A DNA stretch of 42,326 bases, from NCBI GenBank assembly GCA_900088475.1, contig FLMG01000680.1:1-42326 (forward strand). The letters are read 5' to 3'. Of this stretch, positions 1 through 9,775 are shown in pieces. The notes under the pieces were generated by a model, which saw only the letters and a program-made list of their open reading frames with translations, searched no databases and was not told the origin of the DNA. How positions within the stretch are numbered: position 1 is the first letter of the stretch; each line of letters opens with the position of its first letter. Position numbers and translations under genes: made by a program. This DNA comes from Hyphochytrium catenoides (taxonomy: Eukaryota > Protista > Hyphochytriomycota).

Positions 1-25
1 TCTCTCTCTCTCTCTCCCTCTCTCT
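1..25. repeat. (TC)n microsatellite / intron pyrimidine tract at window start
   Basis: tctctctctctctctccctctctct, directly followed by a TAG acceptor at 31-33. Confidence 0.9.
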
Positions 26-33
26 TACGCTAG

Positions 34-124
34 GATCTTTGAAGAGGCAGAAAGTCCCGAAGACGAGGAAGCGCCGCTTGAGAAGAATGGCGACCAAGAA
101 ATAATAGACAGCCTTATTAGGTAA
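34..124 (+). CDS. Partial, probably terminal, exon of a gene truncated by the window edge (acidic peptide)
   Basis: After the pyrimidine tract and tag|, reads IFEEAESPEDEEAPLEKNGDQEIIDSLIR* (TAA 122-124). AG|GTAATG at 120/121 could instead be a donor. Confidence 0.55.
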
Positions 125-419
125 TGGAATGGCCTATGTGCCTACAAATTGCGGCAAAAGCGTGCTGTTACGGAAGTTCAAGGCCCTGAAATGAAATTCT
201 CAAGTTGAACCTTTGACAAGGAGTCCATGGTGAGTATTCTGTCTAAGAGTTATTGCGACAATATCGGGTGGAAGCCAGTGAGACGTGTACGAAACGGGCC
301 ACCTCCGGGGGAATGTTCTACTGTTTTGTCGATCCGTTGACGGGAAGTGAGGGAAGGCAAACGCGCTAATATTAACTATGGGAATACGAAGGGGCTGCTC
401 CCTCCGCTACTGTCCGGTG

Positions 420-786
420 GTCCTCTTCCATTTCTCTTTCTCTCTCTTTCTCTCTCTTTCTCTCTCTCTTTTTCTCCTTCTCCTTCTCTCTCCTCTCTCT
501 CCCTCTTCTCGTCCTCTCTCTTTTTCTCTCTCCTTCTCTCTCGCTCTAGCTCTCTCTTTCTTCGCTAGATCCTTCTGCATCTCCCTGCAATGTCCCTCGC
601 TCCCTGTCTCTGTCTATCTGGCCTCTCTCTCTGTCTTTTCTTTGTGTACTCTCTCTCTCATATTTTGTGGGAAGAGTCCTCCCATCCCTTTGTCTTTTCC
701 TACTACCTCCTCTTCATGTCACATCTCTGTCTTCTTCTTAACAGAACACCCTTTTTCCTATCTGCCACCCACCACTCCCGCCGCAG
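420..786 (+). repeat. Long CT-rich low-complexity tract, intron-like
   Basis: Near-pure pyrimidine (CT/CTT) runs, preceded by a GTGAGT donor at 230 and ending in cgcag at 786. Confidence 0.75.
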
Positions 787-2501
787 GCCATTAGCAATAC
801 TTTATTAGTTGGGCCAGGTGAACTGTTCCTCCCCTTCGCTCTTGATTGACTTGGTGTGCACCCTTTCTGTCACTTTCCACCCCCTCCTCAATGAGGATCA
901 TCATGAACGAGGATGATGTCCCTACAGAGTAGTGAGACTATCTAGGGGAAGGAGACAATGTTACTGGCGGGAAGGAGAGCATATGTAACCCTCCGCAAAA
1001 CGCCGCCGGGAGGTGATCTAACGACCAGTAGAGGAGGGTAGGCTAGTCCGTCTATTATTGACCACCATTTCTCTGACGTAACATGCTGTCATTTCCAGCG
1101 TCTTTGGCTTCACCTCTCCCTCATCACCATTGTCGTCGCTTTGTCATCATCCCCTGATTATTACGATTGACTGCTCTAACCTATATCTTACTACTATTCA
1201 CGGTACTTGCGGCATTCCTCTTTCCTGGTGGTCCCTGCCACTGGTACTCTCCATTCAGCAGAGATGACTGGGAGACTACCGGGGATTAGCCAAGCAAGTG
1301 GCAGACGGAGAGAGGAAAGAGGTAATAAGAAATGGACGCGAACTGGTGGGAGTTAGCTGATAAAGGGGACCAAGGAGGCGAACGAACGGAGAGCATGGAT
1401 CTGTGGAAAGATGTCCGTTAATTTGCGGCCATTCTCTCTGACATTCGCTCCTGTTGGTGGCGGAAAGACGAGGAAGGAGGATGAGGAGAGACTTCTACTC
1501 TCGGCGCGAGTAGATCTTAAAGAATACCAGTGTCTCTCTCTTCTTAACCCAATGAAGGAGGTGTCTACTATATACGTCAAACATCTGAGGATAGTGAGCA
1601 GAAGGAAACTGTTTGCGTCCCCCCGCCCTTCAGCTAGATGCTTTTGTTGTCTACAGCAGAAGAGAACATACACCCAGCCCCGCTTCCTAATCGGGGCTTC
1701 CAGCTAATCTCTATGGGGGAGTGCGGCCTTTACTTCTGCAAGCATCCAAGGTAAGCTCTTTCGTTGCCTAACTCTAGTCGGTCAGGACGCGACCAATCCG
1801 GCAAAATTTGGCGGTAAGTCTACTCTTCCTTACAAAAGGACAGAAGAACTACCACTTCCATCTTCATATCAACATATGGTCCAGCCGCAATATTATACCT
1901 AGCAGATGTAGCTTGATGACTGGTAGTGTTTCGCCTAAAACGGCCATGGGCGTCAGAGGGGAGGAGTGCAACTGGATACATTGACGGGTGAATAGCTGTT
2001 CAAAAAGCGTGCGAGCCAGTCTTTTTGCTGTTCCCAGTGAAGTAATCCATTCGCCGTGACGATACTAGAATGGCACTTCATCCCTCTTAGAACCAGCATG
2101 CCCACTATCTATCAAGTCAAAGGTATAGTTGCATAGAGGTCAATAAAAGTGAAGACGGGAGAAGAAAGTAGGAGGGATCTAGGCAGATGATACCAATGGC
2201 CTCATCCTAAGGGAAGCTTTAGCAGAACATGTGCCTCTTCCCTATCTTCACGCGAGTAGTGAAGCCAACAGGGGAGATGATCCTAGCCTGCCCATTGATG
2301 ACGCCTGTCCGGACTACGATAGCATGAGTCGACAGGGAGAAAAGAATCTTGGCAAACCTGCTGCGACCGGTATCTCCCAGTCCTTATGCCCCTAAAGTGT
2401 CCGAATAAATGGTCCTATGCTACTTCTTACCCTTTATGGTGGTTGTCAGGAAGGAGATGACATGCTCAACATCTTATCTGAAGAGTAAGACACAGAATAA
2501 A

Positions 2502-2870
2502 TTATTGAGACGCTTGTTGTTTTGCTTCAGCCTCTCTCTGTGCCTTTCTCTCATCTTCTGCGCGAATCATATCCCCCATCCTATCTCTATACTTGGGATA
2601 TGTTCTAGTGTTAATGGAGCCCGCGAGAGCATTACTCTTCCAGAAGCCCTTTGGGCGGAAAGGAGCATGAATTCTCTGGAGGAACTCGTCCTTTGTCTTC
2701 CCAAAGGTGCGGAGTTGATTCTAGATAGTTAGACAGAGAATGAGCGTATCGCCTTAGCCAACTCGTCTTCTACTACGTCCTAGAGGTGGGTGCTACCATA
2801 CCTCGTAAGCCTCAGTTTCCTCTGGATTGAAGCCAGTGTCAATCTTGCCAAAGATAGGATTGTTGCTCAT
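2502..2870 (-). CDS. Small two-exon hypothetical protein, 95 aa (not in ORF track)
   Basis: Exon 1 2870-2802 MSNNPIFGKIDTGFNPEETEAYE. An 81-nt phase-0 intron 2801-2721 (GTATGG...CTAACtatcTAG). Exon 2 2720-2502 NQLRTFGKTKDEFLQRIHAPFRPKGFWKSNALAGSINTRTYPKYRDRMGDMIRAEDERKAQREAEAKQQASQ*. Confidence 0.75.
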
Positions 2871-3639
2871 CTTGCTGGTTAGTAGTTATCGGGAAGATGC
2901 TGCGAGACTCTGGTAGATTTCGAACAAGCGCTCTCGTCTTGCTCCCGAACGTAGGGCCACGTATGCGTATTTTCTATCTTTCTCTCCACGAGGTGGATTC
3001 CTCTCGCCAACTTAGAGCTTCGCCTGAGAGCTCCTCAATCAGTCTACTTGTACAAGCTCCAACGCAGCCTTCACTACTAAAATCGCTGCGTTATTGCTCT
3101 GATCACAAGCTTTTTGTTGTTATCGGAGCTCCGTGAACAAGAGTCAATGCCCTCAAACTCCGATATTGGCTGGTCCACTTCTGGAAGAAATTACTGTACT
3201 GTACCAGTTCCGTCAATGAGACCGCACCATTGGAACGTTAACGGCTAGGTGCCGAGGTAACTAGTCCGGTGATTCTAGAATAGTTATCAATCAGTCTGAG
3301 AGCCAGAATAGGGAATACACCGCTGATTGCGCTCCTGCCGTTGAGCTCCTGACGCTTTGCTAGTGGGCTCCGACTATAGAACTTCTTCCTGTTGCTCTAT
3401 GCAAAGTGCAGGGCCGCTGATCAAGGAGCTGTCAAGATGCTACGACTGCGGTGTAGCCACTTCGAGAACCTCTAGGGAAGCTCTTTATCAGATGTCACTA
3501 GATCTGCCAAGTAGGGTGTGGGACTGTCGTCAGCAGAACCGTAGAATGGAAGTCTAATACTATACCCTTAGCTGACAATATTGAAGGCTTTGGCGGACAA
3601 TCGAGGGACCTATCCTCAGATAGATGTGTAGTGCATTAA

Positions 3640-5500
3640 TTACCGCTTCTGACGTTTCTTCTTAGGCTGATCAACGCTTGCTTCAGCTTCAGTCCTTGAG
3701 CGCTCTGTCGACTTGGCAGAAGACGCTCGCTTGCTGGACTTTCCGTCGGACTTCTTTCTTTTTTCCTCCGCTAAGTCATCTTTTGCTTCAGCGTTCTCTC
3801 TTCCTTCACCACGGCCGTTTTTCGGCTTCTTTTCTGCCATTTTTCTGTCGCTTTTCCTCTCACTCTTCGCTGCCTTCTTTTCTTCTATTAGGCTCTTTGC
3901 TTCTTCAGTCTTAGACCAGTGGATGCCTTCTCTTGTCCGGAAACTTGCTTTGGGCGCTGAAGTATCAAAGTCTACTATGACCAGCCTATCCCCAATCTTT
4001 AAGAGCAGGAATGGACCGAAGTGTTAAGCTCTTGGCAAATATAACCGAAGAGGGGTATGGAAGAAGGTATACCCATCCTCGCATCAACCAAACCCCAAGA
4101 GGAAGAAAGTTGCCCGGCGTGCCAATCAAGACAACACCGCCACGTATCAGAACGCTCAAATCATAACCTGTCAGCAGTTAACTCACTCTCATGCCAGTCT
4201 TCTTTCCTGCAGCCTCCGTCGCCATTTCCGTCTTGAATGTGACATAGCCGAAGCCCTTTAGCTTCTTAGTGTTATTCCATACGCCAAGGCGGACGCTTGC
4301 AATCTCCCCACAGGGCCTGCAGACGCGACCCATAATGTCAGTCTACGTGCTCACCATAAGAATAGATCCCTTTGGGCACTTCTCCTCGACGGTTAGTCTA
4401 CACTCTCTTAGACGAAATAAATACTCTCCCGGCAATCTCTCTTCAGCTATAGTCCTTGTACGTCAACACTCCTTTCTGGCAAGAACTTACGAGAAGGCGG
4501 TTTTGAGCTCATCCTCCGTCAGCTCATAAGGCAAATTCTTTACAAATATTGTCCGGCAACCTCGCGGTCTTTTCGATGCTTTCTTCTGTGTAGCAGCTAC
4601 ATTAAAGCAACCAAGAGTCATTGCCTTTGTCTCTTCTATCTATTATAGACGGAAAAAGAGTAGAATGACATGCAGCAGGAATGAAGATAAAAAAATGACC
4701 AAGGAATGATCGAGCGCTATAACCGACTATACGACAGATAGCAGCAAAGAAAGATCGTGAAGGAGATACTTCAGGGTGCTACCTGTGACTGCACGGGGCT
4801 TCAGGGGCAGCTTCACCGAAAGATATCTAGAGAACCATATCAATGAGCACATTTTACCACTCAAAGGAGTCGTCTTAGTCCTGATCTGCTTGCCCTTCGG
4901 CCGTTTTCAACCCTATTCCTCCTTATATCGGCAGGCTTCTACAAAACTAAAGCTCTAAATTAATCAAACGTACCTTCCCATCATCGTCGATCCACTTAAT
5001 CTTAAGGCCTTGGATACAGAGTCGGAGGAGTCAAAGACAATATGTGCATAACCTCTGATTTTGCCTGAATCTTGATACCTGTCAACACAAGATCAATGAC
5101 AAGCCACAGGTGGAGCGAACTAAAAGACTAACCGTGGAAGCCTAATTTGTTTGATCGTTCCGCAATCAGCGAAGTGTGAGGCCAGGTCACCTTCATCTGC
5201 GTTGTAGGGTATTCCTTCAACGTAGGCTGTGTTGGCCGTTTTCTCTTCAGCAAGCTCCTGGATGGCCTTTGGCTCCACGTCTGCAGTTTTGCTCCTGTTA
5301 CTGACCCGTCAGAGATCATTCTGAAAACTTGAATGCAGGATAACTTACTCCGTGATCTCCACTTGGCCCTCTGTAGACTTCTTCTTTCTATTACGCTTCC
5401 TTTTCCTCTTAGGAGTTTGCTCTTCGTGCCCTTCTTCTACCACGTCCGGCTGCCGTTCGGCGTCCGAACCGGAGCTCTCTTCATTCAGATCCCCTGCCAT
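3640..5500 (-). CDS. Two-RRM nucleolar RNA-binding protein (nucleolin/NSR1/RBM34-like), 7 exons
   Basis: Spliced product has an acidic/basic N-terminus (MAGDLNEESS...KRKRKRNRKKK). RRM1: AYVEGIPY...RGYAHIVF. RRM2: IFVKNLPY...KGFGYVTF. Lys-rich tail ending KKRQKR*. Six GT-AG introns keep frame. Confidence 0.9.
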
Positions 5501-5998
5501 TCTCTCTATAAGGTACACACTGCTCTACGGATCTCTGAATGGCGATTGGGAAGAGTGAGTTATTGCGTCTCGCGGAGGACGATGGAGGATTGGGACCTGG
5601 GGATGAAGCTTCAGAATGCCAATAACTCCTCGATTGGCTGGTAACCATACTCAACAATTATCCAGAACAGTCTGGGGATAAAAGGACAATATGGTTAATA
5701 AAAAAGGTTAATATCTCGAATACAGACGTCGCTGTTTAGGTATGTTGATGTTTCAAGCTCTTGGAGGCCGCTTACGAGCGTTCTGCGTCCGGTTCACATC
5801 AGCGTTCATAATAATGGAGCCTGGATGCGGCGGCCAATAGGTTCACCATGACATTGAGCTAGTGGCCACAGCATCCTTGCAAGAAGGCGTAGAACCCTCC
5901 TCGCCTTTAGTTCTACCCGTTTCCAAGTATGCTGAGTGACGTCCGTCTGGTCCTGCGACTCCAGAGCCTGTATATCAGCTTAGCTTTTTGAGCTACTG
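5501..5998. promoter_or_regulatory. Bidirectional promoter with CCAAT-box cluster
   Basis: 498 bp between divergent ATGs, with CCAAT/ATTGG at ~5545, 5589, 5619, 5633 and 5834. Confidence 0.55.
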
Positions 5999-6825
5999 AT
6001 GGCATTGAATAACAGAGGGGAGGAGCAGGATACCCTTAACGATGGGACCACCACCATTGGGGAGAAGCTGGCACCATTCAACCCCACATCCCTTGAGGCG
6101 ATTGATATAGCTTTGGAAATGCTCCAGATCACTTCGGATGATATTCTCTACGATCTTGGATGTGGAGACGGTAGACTATTGGCAAGGGCGGCTCAAACGA
6201 GAGGCACTCGGTAACGTTAGGTGGCACTTATGCAGTACATTATCCCCTTTCGGTTAACCCATAACTCAGTGGCGTAGGAGTGGAATATGATAGTCAGATT
6301 GCACTCAAAGCCCAAGCACGGATAAAGGTAAAGGACAAATCAGCGGTACTTCCATGCAGAAAGTGGCTCAAACAGTCACTCTTTTATGAAAGGCCGACCG
6401 GTTGGACCATTTGGTGGAGATAAAGCACAATGACGCGATGCAGGAAGACCTATCCTTAGCCACTGCTATCTTCCTCTATTTGGTACCTAAGGTGAAGAAG
6501 CTGACTTCTCTTCGCTACGAAGTACCAGCTGACTGATGGTCTCACCCTTTCTTCACTCTTCTTCTTAGGGAATGCAATTGATGCGAGAGCGGTAGGTAGT
6601 GTTCCCTAGATCCCCATCCTTCTCCCTTACTCACCTGTGGCCGCCAGCCTCAAGCCCCTTCGTGAAGCTGGAGTCCGCATTGCGACTTATATCTTTTCCC
6701 TGCCAGACTGGGAGCCCAAGGAAATCCGGTACTATAAGGGTGTCAAGGTTAGCTCCGCGAGTTGAATCTTGTATTCTAAGGCTCTTACCCGGAGGCTATG
6801 CTCTCTGCAGATCTATCTTTATTAG
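5999..6825 (+). CDS. Class I SAM-dependent protein-lysine methyltransferase, FAM173/ANTKMT-ATPSCKMT-like, 6 exons
   Basis: APFNPT...LYDLGCGDGRL (motif I) | GVGVEYD | ...ATAIFLYLVPK | GMQLMRER | ...GVRIATYIFSLPDWEP...GVK | IYLY* (TAG 6823-6825), joined by five GT-AG introns. Confidence 0.88.
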
Positions 6826-8140
6826 CCCATATACTTCTTTCGGGAGGACGTGTTCCGGGTGGATGCCTGCTTTGGAAGAAGCAGTCATTGTTAGGAATTT
6901 TGGGTCATATAATATATCGCCTCTGCGTGTGTCTCAAGCAGAAGGTGCCCAGGGGTTTAAGTCAGATTACTAAAGATGAGAGGTAAGGATCACGACCAAG
7001 CTTGTCCCCGGATCCCAGTTGGGCTGATGACGTCGTGCGTAGAGCATTGTAAGGATCCTTGTAATCAGAAGCATGGCTGAGGAACATGCGGCTGACGAAC
7101 TGGGATTCTTGTCACAGTATCATCCGGTTTAAAAAGGCTAGCGAACAATAAAGTGAGCTTGAGGCCCTGTTCTGCCTAGAACGCCCGGATGTGAAAGGAG
7201 AAGGCGCGCAAGGCGCTACCTGTCAGCCTTTCATTAAAAAATGTCACCGACTGCCTTTATGGATTGCTGTAAGGTCTCTACAAGCGTCCACCTTTAGAAG
7301 TCGGTTATCAGAGGTTTTGTTCAGTCTTTACATTGATACCAAGGTACTCGTTGATACCATCAAGATTAACTGAACGGGCACTCAAGCCAGCTGTTCGCCG
7401 CAGCTGGAGTCATCAGCTAACTGTTGAATGGACCACGGGTGACCATGGCTTGTCACTCTTAAGTCGAATCATCACCCTTAAACCCCATGGCCTTTGAATA
7501 GCTCTATCCAGCCATTCCTGACCAGCCTTCCTACCTGTGGTCCCATCCCTACTCTTGCCTTGGATTTTGAACGTGACATCCTGTGAACGAAAAATGTGCA
7601 AAGAGGGCTTCGATGGTTGGCATCCTGCTAAAGGATTGGCTCTGGTATGGGGTGTCCCGATAGCCCGCTATCTCAGTCACTGCCACTTGATGGCATACAG
7701 TGTCTGGCATTAAGGGCACAGCCCATCTTTGTAGGTACGACAGATGCATTCAGACTTTCTACCGTCGTCACCTTGCCTGAACACATCCTGCCTACCACAT
7801 TCTATGCCTGTTTGTGCCAACCTCGAGGAAGATACTTTGTCCAAGTCTCTGAAACACTCAGTTCCTCTGAATGAAGAAGCTCTGAAGCTCCACGAGCACA
7901 GGGTGGTGGGTGCTCATTGAGCACCAAGTACATAGATCTACAATCTACAAAGCTCAAGAAAGATTCGGCAGATAACTTATGAGAGAAATCCCCTAAATTG
8001 GTTACGGTTTAGTAATCATTATGTTGATCCTTTGCCGATATAGAAAATCTTTGTCCCACGGCGAGCTCCGTCTGCAGATTCTGATGAGGCGCCAGATGGT
8101 AGATCTCGGAGACCAAGAAATTTTGCAGCTTCAACTGCTA

Positions 8141-8163
8141 TCCTCCTCCTCCTCCTCCTCCTC
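8141..8163. repeat. (TCC)7 trinucleotide repeat upstream of the ECI gene
   Basis: tcctcctcctcctcctcctcctc. Confidence 0.9.
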
Positions 8164-8315
8164 ACGCTACGTTCCTCGCTCTTTCGCAACTGACGAGGAG
8201 ACAGAGGATTCTCATTACTGAGATTGCGCGGCCATTGACCCGGTCCCGCTAGGTTGGATAGCCGGCCGCCAGCGACTTTGTTAAGGAAACCCTCTTGGCT
8301 GCTAGGAGTGGAGCA

Positions 8316-9421
8316 ATGGCGTCCCGCACTGTCGACTTGGAGTTTCTAGGTGGAGGAGTCACGGTACTGCGGTTCAACCGACCAAAAGTAAAGAATGCCT
8401 TCAATGCTGATGCATTCCTGGAGGTTGCCCGCACGGTATCAGCTCTGGCGAACGACTCGAGATGTGTGTGCCTTATTGTTACTGGTACGAAGCAGACAGC
8501 TCCCTCAGGAACAAGGCTTGGAGACTAATTTCTCTGTCGCAGGATCTGGAGACTATTTCTCTAGCGGTGCTGACCTTAGCAGTTTTAGCATGGCACCTTC
8601 CCAAAGGCTTGACGAAGGACCATCTGCGAAATTCATGAGAGCATTTCTAAATTTTCCGAAGCCGGTGATAGCAGCAGTTAACGGTCCTGCCGTCGGTGTG
8701 GCTGTCACGCTACTGCCGCACTGCGACATCGTCTACGCCGCACAGTCAGCCACTTTCTGGACACCTTTCGCTCGACTAGCACTGTGTCCCGAGTTCGCTT
8801 CATCTGTGCTCTTCGAGGAGGTGCTGGTGAGAGACACAAGCGTGAGCCGATAATCTTAGACGATATCAGAGGTAACATGCTTGGTTTATTGAACTACAGG
8901 GCAGATCAATGGCAAGCGAGATGCTTATGGGTCAGCGAAAGCTTACGGCAAACGAGGCCTTAGCGTTCAACCTTGTCTCTAGAGTACTGCCTGACAATGG
9001 CTTCTTAGATCAGGTACGTCTCCGCGCCACGTGCAATCTTCACTTACACTTTTCCCTGCTTTTCATGAGCTGACCATCAAAACTGTTTAGGTTGTAGCTC
9101 TGGCAAAGGAAATGACCTCTGTGCATGCTGCTGATAAAACTCTGCCGCTGTATAAGGCAATGAGTTCCGCTAAGAGAAGAAAAGAACTAGACAAAGTGAG
9201 TTGTACCAGAGGCACTCACGGCCGAGTCACTGTAGCTTCTCTCCTCTTATAACCTTTCATAGCTAGGTGCAGAGTTCTCTTGCTGACCCTCAAAATGCGT
9301 CTTGACATAGGTTATCACCGAGGAGTTCAACATTCTGGAGCAGCGTGGACAATCTGGAATCATCCTTGAGGCAATGACTCACTTCATGCAAAGTAAAGGC
9401 AAGACTAAGAGCAAGCTCTAA
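8316..9421 (+). CDS. ECI2: Peroxisomal delta3,delta2-enoyl-CoA isomerase (crotonase fold, no ACBP domain), 5 exons
   Basis: FNRPKVKNAF, TGSGDYFSSGADL, PKPVIAAVNGPAVGVAVTLL, TPFARLALCPEFASS; C-terminal PTS1 ...KTKSKL* (TAA 9419-9421). Confidence 0.88.
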
Positions 9422-9775
9422 ACGGTGCTATGGGGCAGGACGCACAGACGCAGATGCCGGTCGGCATTCTGTTGCTGTGCCCCGATCGTCGTCTAAGATG
9501 GTATGGTAGAGTAAGGGTCACTAAGTAGCAGTGTCTGTGGCTTGCGATCTTCCGCTTGGTTGCAAACCGACGCTAAGCGGAGACCAGCATGGAGATCAAA
9601 AGAGTTCTAAAGGGGGAGAACGGGCGAAGACAGAGAAGCGAGAGACGGGATAAAGAGTTGATGGCTAGTCGTTTCAATGCTGGTATTCAGGCAGAGATAA
9701 ATACTTTGGCGATGCTGGATAGCCCTAAATAGTAGTGATAAATAAAGCTGGCAAGGGTCTGTTGGAGTCAATCAA

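Noticed and set aside
347-808. Ser/Leu/Phe-rich ORFs (347-568, 378-794, 590-808), likewise 41883-42270
   Set aside because: Translations of CT microsatellite-rich intron-like DNA, which is naturally stop-poor.
6963-7137. - strand frame with an in-frame TGA at 7112-7114 (NRMIL*QESQFVSRMF...) as a selenoprotein candidate
   Set aside because: No CxxU/redox motif, no recognisable family, no upstream exon chain and no SECIS identified.
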